Assembly: GCA_963575745.1 (NCBI GenBank)
Contig: CAUYUJ010000205.1
Location: 1 to 64,000 of the forward strand
Length of the DNA: 64,000 bases
Reading direction: 5' to 3'
DNA from: Prorocentrum cordatum
Lineage: Eukaryota
A program made the position numbers and the translations under genes. Positions within the stretch are counted from its first letter, which is position 1; each line of letters opens with the position of its first letter. The notes under the pieces were generated by a model, which did no database searches, was not told where the DNA came from, and was given only the letters and a program-made list of their open reading frames with translations. Shown piece after piece: positions 26,834-39,746 of this stretch.

Positions 26834-28690
26834 TACCTCGTAGAGCTCTTCGTCATAACTCGTAGAGCTTCCCTTAGCAAGTAATTGCTGGAAGCTAAGA
26901 GTAATTCCGGCGCGCCCCAGAGCTAGTTGGCTCGACAAATCTCGACGGAACTTTTGACAACTTTTGGTCGGTTGAAAATTTTATTCTCGAGATTTGACAA
27001 TTCGTTAGAGCTCTAGTATTTTTCCCGTGATATTCGATCTTATTCCCGCTCGCCATCTTGATCTCAGCTCGATCGGGTGAATACTACTGTCGAAAAGCAC
27101 TGTGGCGGGATCGGTCGTTTCGAGTCATCTTGATACACGGTGACGGTTTTCTCAAGATAACTCGAGCTTCAGGTCAGCTACAGAGCTGATCAGCACAGCT
27201 TATGGATCCAGAATGATCAGGCGCGTTCGCCTGTTGAATCCAGAGGTCTGAACTCGGTCTGCTAGCCGAGCTAGGTGCGCAAACCTATTCGTATTATCCG
27301 AGTCATCTTGACAGGCGCTCTCGGTTTTTTGTACTTACTCGAGCTGTAGGACACCTACAGAGCTGATATTTACAGGAACTGATTCAGAATCATCAGTTGC
27401 GTTTGTCTGTCGAATCTAGAGCTCTGAACTCGGCTTGCTGCCCGATCTAGAATCACAAAATTATTCGTATTGGTCGACTCATCTTGAGAAGTGCTATCGG
27501 TCTTCTTCACTCAACTCGCGCTGCGGGGGGCTACAGTTTGTTGTCACAGGAATCGATTCAAAGAGATCAGACGTATCCGCCTGTCGAATCCAGAGCTTTG
27601 AACTCGGTCTGCTGCCCGAACTAGGTCCGCATAATTATTGTATTGTTCGAGTCATCCTGAGAGGTGCTGTCGGTTTTTCGCACTTAACTCAGGCTGTAGG
27701 GGTGGTAATGAGGAGTCGATTCGCAGACATCAGACGCGTCCGCCTGTCGCATTCAGAGGTCAAAAAATATTCACTATGAGTCGGAATGTTGGTAGGTGCT
27801 GTCGGTTGTGTCAACTGAAGTCGAGCTAGGAAGCTCTACGAGTCCCCGGCGGTAACCAAGGTTGACGGTTTACCGCCGGCGCCCAGTCGATGAGGTAGAG
27901 GAATTCCGGCGCGGGGTGGAGCTAGTTGGCCCACCTGGCCGAGGCGGACAATGTGGCAACTTTTGGGTGGTTTTGCGATTTTTTGAAAGATATTTGACCA
28001 TTTATTTTAAGAAAGCAGATTTTTCGCACCTGTAGACGACTATGAGGGCCTCTGCGTCTTGATATGAGCTCTCTAGATGCATTTTTACTATGAAAACACT
28101 TGGAGGAACCAACTTTATGTCGACATCAAAAAATCATGTCTTCTCTTTTTCGAGAAATGCTTCCAGCAGCCCTCTCTTTTGATGCTGAGCACTCTTAGGC
28201 GTGTCAGGAGCTCTACGAGGTTCCCGGCGGTGACCAGGTTCCCGGCGGTGACCAGGTTCCCGGCAGCTTCCCCCTGGACTTGTGCAGGGCGGATGGCACC
28301 CTGGAGTTGGCCGCAGAGGTTTCATGATCCCTAGCCACTGCGCGATCACACAGGCTGAGTTGGCAGCTGCACATTCTCTTCTCAATGGCATTGCCGAGAT
28401 GTGTATACACGTACAACTTGGCAGGTGATTGTTTGTGTATTATATCTGCACAGCTCCGCTGTTGTAAGATACATGCTTAGCCCCACTGTTTCTTTGATGT
28501 GTGTATATTCCTGTGCAGCTACGCTGTTGTATCATATCTGCACAGCTACGCTGACTTGTATATCGCACAGCTCCGCTGTTAGTGCTTAGGTTGCCTGTAG
28601 GTAATCCTACCGCTGGCCCTGCCCCCTAAGGGGGCTCGAATCGGGCCCCGCAGACCGCAGACCAGGTTGACGGTTCACCGCCGGCGCCAG
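26834..28690 (+). mobile_element. Family B element hosting a family A copy (26856-27886) and a truncated LINE
   Basis: CTCTTCGTCA|TCGATGAG rejoins the B head; tail hairpin split at about 28265-28660. Confidence 0.8.
28265..28660 (+). mobile_element. 5'-truncated relative of the 19950-25791 LINE
   Basis: Last coding segment CAITQAELAAAHSLL...stop (28339-28428) parallels STVTCCELAACAAL; tail CCGCAG-ACCGCAG-ACC; same insertion point. Confidence 0.65.
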
Positions 28691-28712
28691 TTCTGGGGCG
28701 CTGGAGAGCTAG

Positions 28713-29831
28713 TAACTCGTAGAGCTTCCCTTAGGAAGTTATTGCTGGAAGCTTAAGAGTAATTCCGGGGAGCTGGATAGCTAGTTGGCAAGAAAAATCT
28801 CGACGGACCTTTTGCTGACTTTTGGTCGGTTTAAAAATTTGTTCTCGAAATTTGAACATTCGTTTGAGCTCTAGTATTTTTTCCCATGATATTCGATCTT
28901 ATTCCCGCTCGTCATCTTGATCTGAGCTCGATCGGGTAACTTTGAAGGCCAAAAAGCACACGGGCGGGAACGGCCGTTTCGAGTCATCTTGATACGCGCT
29001 GTCGGTTTTCTCAAGATAACTCGAGCTTCAGGACAACTACAGAGCTGGTCAGCAGCTAATGCTCTCAGAATGATCAGGCGCGTTCGCCTGTTGAATCCAG
29101 AGGTCTGAACTCGGTCTGCTAGCCGAGCTAGGGTCGCAAACCTATTCGTATTATTCGAGTCATTGTAGCAGACGCTCTCGGTTTTTCGTACTTAACTCGA
29201 TCTGTAGGGCAGCCGCAGAGCTGATAATCACAGAAATCGATTGAGAATTATCAGGCGCGTTCGTCTGTTGAATCAAGAGCTCTGAACTCGGCCTGCTCCC
29301 CGAGCTAGGTTCGCGAACCTATTGGTATTGTTCGAGTCATCTTGAGAAGTGCTCTCGGTTTTCTGTACTTAAATCGTGCTGGGGGAGGGCTACAGTGCTG
29401 CTGGTCACAGGAATCGATTTCGAGACATCAGGCGCGTCCGTTCGTCGAACCGAGAGCTCGGAACTCGGTCTGCTGCTCGAACGAGATCCGCGAAACTGTT
29501 GTATTATTCGAGTCATCCTGAGAGGTACTCTCGGTTTAATGCACTTAACTCAGGCTGTATGGGGGGCTGCAAAGCTGGTAATCACAGGAATCGATCCGCA
29601 GACATCAGACGCGTCCGCTTGTCGCATTCAGAGGTCTGAACTCGGTTCATACTCGAGCTCGATTGGAAAACTGTTTGTTTGTTTTGTTAGAGTCATCTTG
29701 AGAGGTCTATAATCGCTTGGGCTGAAAAACTAGTCGTTTCTCTGAAATTCTTTTCCACATTATATATTGTCAGGAAGCTTTACGAATCCCCCGGCGGTAA
29801 GAAAGGTTGACGGTTTACCGCCGGCGCCCAG
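28713..29831 (+). mobile_element. Family A element
   Basis: Flanks GAGAGCTAG|TTGGCAAG rejoin to the A head. Confidence 0.85.
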
Positions 29832-31243
29832 TTGGCAAGAAAAATCTCGACGGACCTTTTGGTGACTTTTGGTCGGTTGAGAAATTTGTTCTCTTCAACA
29901 ATTTGTTTGAGCTCTAGTATTATTTCCCGTGATATTCGATCTTATTCTCGCTCGCCATGTCGATCTCAGTTCGATCGGGTACCTTTTACTTCGTCCCGGC
30001 GGGATCGGCCGTTTCGAGTCATCTTGATACGCGCTGTCAGTAGTTTGTACCTAACTCGAGCTGTAGGGCAGCTACAGAGCTGGTCAGCACACCTATCGAA
30101 TGCAGAATCATCAGGCGCATTCGCCTGTTGAATCGAGAGGTATAAACTCGGTCTGCTAGCCGAGCTAGGTCCGCAAATCTATTTGTATTATTCGAGTTAT
30201 CTTGACAGACGCTCTCGGTTTTCGGTACTTAACTCGAGCTGTAGGGCAGCTACAGAGACCATAGTCACAGAAATCGATTGGGAGTCATCAGGCGCGTTCG
30301 TCTGTTAATTCGAGAGATCTGAACTCGGCCTCTTGCCCGAGCTAGGTTCGGAAAACCTACCCGTATTCCTCTCGTGCTGGGAGTGGGATACAGTGCTGCT
30401 GGTCAGATAAATCGGTTCGGACACATCAGGCGCGTCCGTCTGTCGAACCCAAAACTCGGAACTCGGCCCGCTGCTCGAACTAGCTCCGCGAAAATATTGT
30501 ATTATTCGAGTCATCCTGAGAGATGCTGTCGGGTTTCTTCATTTAACTCGGGCTGTAGGGGGCTGCAGGGCTCAAAGACAGCAGACGCGTCCGCCTGTCG
30601 CATTCAGAGGTCTGAATTCGGATTGATATTCGAACTGTGTTGCGAAATGTTTTTTTGAAGTCATCTTCGAAATCGCTTGGGCTGAAAAACTAGTCGTTCT
30701 GGAGTTTTCCCCACATTATATACTGTCAGGAAGCTCTACGAGTCCCCCGGCGGTAAGAAAGGTTGACGGTTTACCGCCGGCGCCCAGTTCCCGGAGAGCT
30801 CGCTGAGAGCTAGAGGGTTTAAGATTAGAAGCCGGTTCCGGGGCGCTAGAGAGCTAGTTGGCAAGGAAAGTCTCGACGGACCTTTTGCTGACTTTGGTCG
30901 GTTGAAAATTTTTGTTCTCGAAATTCAACAATTCGTTTAAGCTCTAGTATTTTTTCCCGTGATATTCGATCTCATTCCCGCTCGCGATCTCGATCTCAGT
31001 TCGATCGGGTATTTTTCACTTGCAAAAAGCACACGAGCGGGATCGACCGTTTCGAGTCATCTTGTTACGCGCTGTTGGTTTTCTCACGATAACTCGAGCT
31101 TCAGGACAGTTATAGAGCTGATAAGCACGTCTAATCGATGTAGAATGATTCGGCGCGTTCGCCTGTTGAACCCAGAGGTCTGAACTCGGTCTGCTAGTCG
31201 AGCTAGGTGCGCAAACTTATTTGTATTATTTGAGTCATCATCA

Positions 31244-32590
31244 CTGGGCGCCGGCGGTAAACCGTCAACCTTTGTTACCGCCGGGGGACTCGTAGAGCTT
31301 CCTGACAGTATATAGTGTGGGAAAAAATCCAGAGAACGACTAGTTTTCAGCCCAAGCGATTTCAGACCTCTCAAGATGACTCTAACAAAAAAAAAAAAAC
31401 AGTTTCGCAACCCAGTTCGAGTATCAGACCGAGTTCAGACCTCTAATGCGACAGGCGGACGCGTCTGATGTCTGCGAATCGACGCATGTGATTACCAGCC
31501 CTGCAGCCCCTCTACAGACCGAGTTAAGTGCAGAAAACCAACAGCATCTCTCAGGATGACTCGAATAATACAATAGTTTCGCGGACCTGTTTCGAGCAGC
31601 AGACCAAGTTCTGAGCTCTCGAATCGACCAACGAACGCGCTGATGTGTGCAAATAGGCCGAGTTCAGAGCTCTCGATACAACAGACAAACGCGCCCGATA
31701 ATTTTCAATCGATTTCTGTGACTATAGGCTCTGTAGCTGCCCTACAGCTCGAGTAAAGTAGAGAAAACCGAGAGCGTCTGTCAAGATGCCTCGGATAATA
31801 CGAATAGGTTTGCGGACCTGGCTCGGCTAGCAGACCAATTTCAGACCTCTCGATTCAAGAGGCGAACGCGCCTGATAATTCTGAATGCGATGAATGTGCT
31901 TACCAGCTCTCTAGCTGCCCTGCAGCTCGAATTTAGAAGAAAATACCCACAACGCGTATGAAGTTCACTCCAATAATACGAATAGGTTTGCGGACCTAGC
32001 TCGGCTAGCAGACTGAGTTCAGACCTATGGATTCAACAGGCGAACGCGCCTGATGATTCTGAGTGCGATAGGTGTGCTTACCAGCACAGTAGCTGCCCTA
32101 CAGCTCGAGTTAAGTAGAAAATACCGACCACGCGTATCAAGTTGACTCGAATAATACGAATAGGTTTGCGGACCTAGCTCGGCTAACAGACCGAGTTCAG
32201 ACCTATGACTGGAACAGGCGAACGCGCCTGATGATTCTGAGTGCGATAGCTGTGCTTACCAGCTCTGTAGTTCTCCTACATATCGATTTGAGTACAACAT
32301 ACCGACAACGCGTATCAAGATGACTCGAAACGGCCGATCCCGCCAGTGTGCTTTTTGGCAGTAAAAGGTACCCGATCGAGCTGAGATCAAGATGGCGAGC
32401 GTGAATAAGATCGAATATCACGGGAAATAATACCAGAGCTCGAACGAATGGTCAAGTTTCGAGAACAAAATTTTCAACCGACCAAAAGTTGTGAAAAGTT
32501 CAGTTCTTTTTTTCGAGCCAACTAGCTCTCCAGCGCGCCGGAATTACTCTTAAGCTTCCAGCAACTAGCTTGGGGAAGCTCTACGAGTCA
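31244..32590 (-). mobile_element. Family A element in reverse orientation within another A copy's 178-bp repeats
   Basis: Reverse-complement tail CTGGGCGCCGGCGGTAAACC at 31244 and head GAAGCTCTACGAGTCA ending at 32590. Confidence 0.85.
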
Positions 32591-35500
32591 CAGACGCTCT
32601 CAGTTTTCTGTACTTCACTCGAGCTAAAGAGCAGCTGCAGAGCTGATACGTACAGAAACTGATTGAGAATCATCAGTGGCCGTTGTCTGTTGAATCTACA
32701 GCTCTGAACTCAGTCTGCTGCCGATCTAGAATTACGAAACTATTCGTATTGTCCGAGTCGCTTGCGAGATGCTATCGGTTCTCTGCACTTCAATCGGGCT
32801 GCAGGGGGGCTGCATGGCTGGTAATCACTGGAATCGATGCGGAGACATCAGGTGCGTTCGTCTGCGAAATCCAAAGCTCTGAACTCGGTCTGTTGCGCAA
32901 ACTAGGTCCGCGAAACTATTCGTATTGTAACTCCTAGAGCTTCCCTTAGCAAGTTATTGCTGGAAGCTTAAGAGTAATTCCGGGGCGCTGGAGAGCTAGT
33001 TGGCAAGGGAAATCCCGACGGACCTTTTGCTGACTTTTAGTCGGTTGAAAATTTTGTTTACGATAACTCGAGCTTGAGGACAGCTAAAGAGCTGATAAGC
33101 ACAGCTAATCGATTCGAAATGATCAGGCGCGTTCGCCTGTTGAAGCTAAAGGTCTGAATTCGGTCTGCTAGCCGAGCTAGGTACGAAAACTTATTCGTGT
33201 TATTCGAGTCATTGACAGACGCTCTCGGTTTTCTGTACTACAGGACAGCTAAAGAGCTGATACGAACAGAATCTGATTCAGAATGATCAGTGGTCGTTGT
33301 CTGTTGAATCCGGAGCTCTGATCTCGGTCTGCTGCCCGATCTAGAATCGCGAAACCATTCGTATTGTTCAAGTCGCTTGCGAGATGCTGTCGGTTCTCTG
33401 CACTTATCTCAGGCTGTAGCTGGTAATCACTGGAATCGATTCGAAGACATCAGGCGCGCACGCCTGCGGAATAGCTCCGAACTCGGTCTGTTGCCAAACT
33501 AATTCCGCGAAGCTATTCGTATTGTTCGAGTCATCCTGAGAGGTGTTGTCGGTTTCCTGCACTTAACTCGGCTGTAGGGGGGGCTGCAGGGCTGGTAATC
33601 ACAGGGATCGATTTAGAGACATCAGACGCGTCCGTCTGTCGCATGCAGAGTCTGAACTCGGTCTGATACTCGAACTAGGTTTGCCAAACTATTCGTATTG
33701 TCCGAGTCATCTTGAGAGGTGCTGTCGATTTACGCGGCTGTAGGAGAGCTACAGAACCCGTGCAGAAGAGAATCTAGAAGCATCGGGGGCGTTCGGCTGT
33801 TGCATCCGAGAGGTCTCAAATTGCCTGGGCTGAAAAACTATGTTTTCTGTATAATTTCTTCCGACATTATATGTTGTCAGGAAGCTCTACGAGTCTCCCG
33901 GCGGTAAGAAAGGTTGACGGTTTACCGCCGGCGCCCAGTTCCGGCGCGGGGTGGAGCTAGTTGGCCCAGCCGGCCGAGGCGGACAATGTGGCAACTTTTG
34001 GGTGGTTTTGCAATTTTTTGAAAGATATTTGACAATTCATTTTGAGAAAGCAGATTTTTACTCCGAGCATTGAGATATAAACTTTGTTCCCTGAGCAGCT
34101 CAGCCCTCTAGAGTCATTTTTAGTACCAGTTCACTTGGAGGAACCGACTTCATGCTGACTCCGAAAAATCTCGACTTGAAGTTTTTGTAGAAAAGCTCCC
34201 AGGAGCTCCCTCTTTGATGCTGAGCTTTCTCGCGGATGCAAGGAGCTCTACGAGGTTCCCGGCGGTGACCAGATTGACGGTTCACCGCCGGCGCCAGTTG
34301 GCCCAGCCGGCCGAGGCGGACAATGTGACAACTTTTAGGTAGTTTTGCAAATATTTGAAAGATATTTGACAATTCATTTTGAGAAAGCAGATTTTTCGCA
34401 CCTGTAGACAACTTTGAGGGCCTCTGCGTCTTAATATGAGCGCTGAAGGCTCACTCTTACTATCAAAACACTTGGCGCAACCAACTTTCTATCGACATGA
34501 AAAAATTGAAGATTCAATTTTTCGAGAAATGCCTCGAGCAGCTCTCTTCTTCGACTCTTAGCACTCTCACGCGTGAAAAGAGCTCTACGAGGTTCCCGGC
34601 GGAGACCAGGTTGACGGTTTACCGCCGGTGCCAGTCTGCATGCGTGCAGGCACGCATGGAAGCGTTTCTGGCAGCGCTTCGGCAGCGCTGCAGGGAGCCC
34701 CCCTCAGCTCTCCAGGAAAGGTCTCTTCGCTCTCCGGGTTTTGGCCCCTACCAAGTGGACGCTACCAATGGACGCTACCAAGCGTAAAATTGACTCGTAG
34801 CGCTTCCCTAAGCTAGTTCCTGAAGCTTAAGAGTAATTCCAGCGCGCTGGAGAGCAAGTTGGCAAGACAAATCTCGAAGGAACTTTTGGTGACCTTTGGT
34901 CGGTTGAAAATTTTGTTCTCGAAATTGGAACATTCGTTAGAGCTCTAGTATTTTTTCGCGTGGTATTCATCTTGATCTCAGCTCGATCGGGTGAATATTA
35001 GTATCGAAAAGCACTGTGGTGGGATCGGTCGTTTCGATCTTAATACGGGCTGACGGTTTTCTGAACATAGCTCGAGCTTTAGGACAGCTAAAGAGCTGGT
35101 CAGCACAGCTAATTGATGCAGAATGAATAGGCGCGTTCGTCTGTTGAATCCAGAGGTCTAAACTCGGTCTGTTAGGCGAGCTAAGTCTGCAAACCTATTC
35201 GTATTATCCGAGTGATCTCGACTGAAACTCTGGGTTTTCTGTACTTAACTCGAGCTGTAGGACAACTACAGAGCTGATATTTACATAAACCAGGTGAGAA
35301 TCATCAGTTACGTTTGTCTGTCGAATCCAGAGCTCTGCAGTCGGTCTGTTGCCCGATCTAGAATCGCGAAATCATTCATATTGGTAGAGTCATCTTAAGA
35401 AGTGCCCTCGGTTTTCTTCACAGAACTCGGGTTGAGGGGGCTACAGTGCTCGTTGTCAGAGGAATCGATTTGAAGAGATCAGGCGCGTCCGTCATCCAGA

Positions 35501-37771
35501 GCTCAGAAATCGGTCTGCCCAAACTAGGTTCGCGAAACTATTGTATTGTTCGAGTCATCCTGAGAGGTGCTGTCGGTTTTCTGCACTTAACTCGGGGGCT
35601 GTAGGGGGGCTGCAGGGATGGTGATGACAGGAGTCGATTCGCAGACATGAGACGCGTCCGCCTGTCGCATTCAGAGGTCAAAACGTATTCACTATGAGTC
35701 GGAATCTTGGTAGGTGCTGTCGGTTTTCTCAATTTAAGTCGAGCAAGGAAGCTCTAGGAGTCTCCCGGCGGTAACCAAGTTTGACGGTTTACCGCCGACG
35801 CCCAGTTGAAAGTCCGTTTTACAAACAGGTATTTTTCCCACCTGTAGCGGGTTATGCCGCGTCTGCCAGTTAAATTCCCAGGTCTGGTAATACTACTATC
35901 AAAAGACTTGAGGGAACCGTCGGCCGTTTCGAGTCATCTTGATACGCGTTGACGGTTTTCTGTACTTAACTCGAGATTTAGGACAGCTATAGAGCTGATA
36001 CTTACAGAAACCGATTCAGAATAATCAGGCGCGTTTGTCTGTCCCATCGAGAGGTGTGAACTCGGTCTGCTGCTCGAGCTAGGCCCGCAAAACTATTTGT
36101 AATATACGATCATTTTGACGAGTGTTGTCGGTTTCCCTTAACTGAAGATTTAGAAGAGCTACAGAGCTGGCACGCATATAAACCGAGCCAGTATCACCCG
36201 ACGCGATTTTTCTCGCATCGAGAGGTCCGAACTGGGTCAGGCAGCTAGGTCCACGAAGCGAAGATGCAACATTTAAAAAACATATTTTCGGATATTTCTT
36301 CTTCACGCTTGAGAAACTTCTTTCGTGTGCTTTGAGCAGCACCGCGCCAGAATAGAGCTCTACGAGGCTCCGGCGGTTACTGGTTGACGGTTTACGCCGG
36401 ATCCCAGTAGAGCTTCCCTTAGCTAGTTGCTGGAAGCTTAAGAGTAATTCCGGCGCGCTAGAGAGCTAGTTGGCAAGAAAAATCTCGACGTAACTTTTGC
36501 TGACTTTGGGTCGGTTGAAAATTTTGTTCTCGAAATTTGAACATTCGGTAGAGCTCTTTTTTTTTCTGTGATATTCGATCTTATTCGCGCTCTCCATCTT
36601 GATCTCAGCTCGATCGGGTACCTTTTACTGCAAAAAAGCACTGTGGCGGGATTGGCCGTTTCGAGTCATCTTGACACGCGGTGACGGTTTTCTGTGGACA
36701 TAACTTGAACTTTAGGACAGCTACAGAGCTGGTAAGCACAGCTAATCGATTCAGAATGATCAGGCGCGTTCGCCCGTTGAATCCAGAGGTCTGAACTCGG
36801 TCTGCTAGCCGAGCTAGGTCTGCAAACCTATTCGTATTATTCGAGTCATCTTGATAGACGCTCTCGGTTTTCTGTACTTAACTCGAGCTATAGGACAGCT
36901 ACAGAGCTGATACTTACAGAAACCGATTGAGAATCATCAGTATCATTTGTCTGTTGAATCCAGAGCTCTGAACTCGGTCTGCTGCCCGATCTAGAATCGC
37001 GAAACTATTCGTATTGTTGGAGTCATCTTGAGAGATGCTGTCGGTTCTCTGCACTTAACTCGGGCTGTAGGGGGGCTGCATGGCTGGCTATCACTGAAAT
37101 CGATTCGAGAACATGAGGCGCGTCCGTCTGTCGAATCGAGAGCTCCGAACTCTGTCTGCTGCCCGAACTAGGGCCGCGAAACTATTCGTATTGTTGGAGT
37201 CGTCTTGAGAAGTGCTCTCGGTTTTCTGCACTCGACTTGGGCTGGGGGGGGCTACAGTAAAAGTAAGGAAGCTCTACGAGTCTCCCGGCGGTAACCAAGG
37301 TTGACGGTTAACCGCCGGCGCGAGTGGTCCCTCGGGTTCTGCAGCGTGTCCCGGGGCGTCCGTTCCAATGCGTTCCCGTAGAACGTGCTCCAGAGGCCTC
37401 GCGAATGTGCCCCAGAGGCCTCGCAGAGCTTCCCGGGCAGCGAGCGCCCAAGCGTTCAGGCACGCGTGGAGGCGTCGCTGTCTTCCCTTCAGGAGCGCAG
37501 GCAAGCTTTCCAGCGCCACCACGCACGTTTGCTAGCAACTTGTGCAGCGCTTTAGAAGCTGACACCTCTGCGCACGTCGAAGACGTGCACCGGGCCTTGC
37601 GCGCGCAGCACTCTAAGGGAGCGTAGAGGCACGCGCGGTGCCAGGGGCATGACCCAGGTCTGGCGCGACGAGACCCGTGCGCGCGCGTCTCTGGCTTGGC
37701 TATCCGGGTTTTGGACAACAACAGGTTTAGTGCGTGTCCTCTTTGCTCTCCGGGTTTTCGACGCTACCAAG

Positions 37772-38168
37772 TACCTCGTAGAGCTCTTCGGCATCGATGA
37801 GCTAGAGGAATTCCGGCGCGGGGTGGAGCTAGTTGGCCCAGCCGGCCGAGGCGGACAATGTGGCAACTTTTGGGTAGTTTTGCGAAAATTTGAAAGATAT
37901 TTGACAATCTATTTTAAGAAAGCAGATCTTTGCGCGTCGCATTGGCAGATAAACTCCTCTCTGACAGCAGCTCAGCTTTCTCGATGCATTTTTGCATGAG
38001 TTGACTTCCAGGAACTGAGCGAATATGAACATCGAAAAAATCGAATTTGAAGATTTTCGAAAAATCTTTTTTTTTCACTCTGTGTCGATTCTCTGCACCC
38101 TTACCAGTGAGAGGAGCTCTACGAGGTTCCCGGCGGTGACCAGGTTGACGGTTCACTGCCGGCGCCAG
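37772..38168 (+). mobile_element. Uninterrupted family B element (397 bp)
   Basis: TACCTCGTAGAGCTC...GAGCTCTACGAGGTTCCCGGCGGTGA-loop-TCACTGCCGGCGCCAG. Confidence 0.85.
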
Positions 38169-38985
38169 TTATCTGAAGACCCGTCAGCGATCTGCTTGTC
38201 AAACTTCTGAGCAAACACGACTGCATGACTGTTGACAAGTTTAGAGAGAAAGGTGCGGCCGAAATATTTCTTGCCATCGGCAGAGTTGCGCCGTTTGTTG
38301 GTATGCTTGGTGCGTTTCGCAGCCTAGCGTAAAAAGTGCAGAAGCGGCTGCATGATAAGTGATATGCAAGAAGAAGACAAATGAGTTCTTGCCACATGCA
38401 TTTAATTTTTTGGATCGATGTTCCTCCTGATATTGGTTCGCCTCATCTGCGCCAAGATCCTTGAGTTCTCGAGGGCGCTTAGCCCTGGCGTGTTGGAAGA
38501 GCTTGTCAAAGGCAGCTGGAAGATGATCCAAAGCTTGGACAATCGAGCTTACAGGCTCGTGAACACTGCCCCACCTGATTCGAATACAACGGCTGGGCGG
38601 GCTAGGTATAGTCGCCTCGACGTCGGCGCCATCGCCCTGAAAAATATCCTTCAAATTGAGACGCGCTCCAGGCCCACGGCAGAGGTGCGAAATCAACAAC
38701 AAGCCCGTCACGAACTTCACGGCACCAGGAGTCAAACACTTCAAGCAACTTCTCGAATATGAGCTGGCACTGGCGTAGAAAACACCAACACACTGCGATC
38801 ATCATGGTCTTGAAGGGGCGAACGCGGCACACCGATGTTCGCACGGAAAATACATTATCGCCGCCCTTATCGACATTCATCATGTACAATTGCATGGGGC
38901 GCCCAGGTCCAGAAAGCAAATTCAGTGCCCCAGCCGATGCCAACTTGTTGCATGCGTCGTCGACTCAGGTTCGTTCTCTGCTAAT
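38169..38985 (-). pseudogene. Central part of a decayed hAT-like DDE transposase
   Basis: Ordered motifs VDKGGDN, WCFLRQCQL (CxxH with CAC>CGC), PSRCIRIRWGS (like hAT TRWNS); frameshifts and one TAG. Confidence 0.55.
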
Positions 38986-39746
38986 TCTTTGGACATAATA
39001 TATGGCAAGGAAGCTCTACGAGTCTCCCGGCGGTAAGAAAGGTTGACGGTTTACCGCCGGCGCCCAGTGCTTTGGGGAAGTCCCTAGGGCTTTTCAGAAA
39101 AGCTTCCCAGATTTCCAGATTACCGGCGACAGGAGCTGAGAGGAATTCCTCGTAAAGCTCTTCGGCAAGATGAGCCAAGAGGAATTTGGGCGCAGGGTGG
39201 AGCTAGTTGGCAGACCCGACCAAAATGGACAATGTGGGAACTTGGGGTCGGTTTTTGTATCTCTGTGCAAAATTTGAAAATTAGTTTTGAGAACCGGTAT
39301 TTTTCTCACGTGCAGTGGGTTATGCCGCGTCTGCCAGTCCAATTCTCAGGTCCGTAGCTTCAATATTACTATCAAACACTTGAGGGAACCGACTTTGGAA
39401 AAACATTAAAGATCGTAATTTTTCGAGTTTCTCAGATCACCTTGAGAAAGCTTCTCTCATGTGTTCCAAGCAGCGCTGCGCGATCAAAGAGCTCTACGAG
39501 GCTGCCAGCGGTAACCTTGTTGATGGTTTACCGCCGGCTCCCAGTATCTCGTAGAGCTCTTCGGCCAGATGAGAGGAATTCGGGCGCAGGGTGAAGCTAG
39601 AAACTCGTAGAGCTTCCCTTAGCTAGTTGCTGGGAGCTTAAGAGTAATTCCGGCGCGATGGAGAGCTGGCCCTGGAGCCACAGTAATGTCGTCAAACCCT
39701 GCACGCACACGTCCTACACAGTGCGCGTGTGTCCGCGTGGTGAGCA

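Larger units (their letters stand above)
1..39668. mobile_element. Nested cluster of non-autonomous rolling-circle-like (Helitron/Helentron-type) elements, families A-D
   Basis: About 18 family-A tails (GGAAGCTCTACGAGT..CCGGCGGTAA-loop-TTACCGCCGGCGCCCAG) and about 7 family-B tails, plus many C/D copies. Excising single copies restores the interrupted element's consensus with no duplication. Confidence 0.8.

Noticed and set aside
192..38210. Numerous ORFs within families A-D (e.g. 956..1972, 929..1888, 7232..8188)
   Set aside because: They are GC-rich repeat translations open on both strands, cross element junctions and show no domain motifs.
1..39668. MITEs or IS200/IS605/Fanzor-type elements
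   Set aside because: Inverted repeats are subterminal and asymmetric, there is no TSD, no fixed upstream target motif and no TnpA/TnpB ORF.
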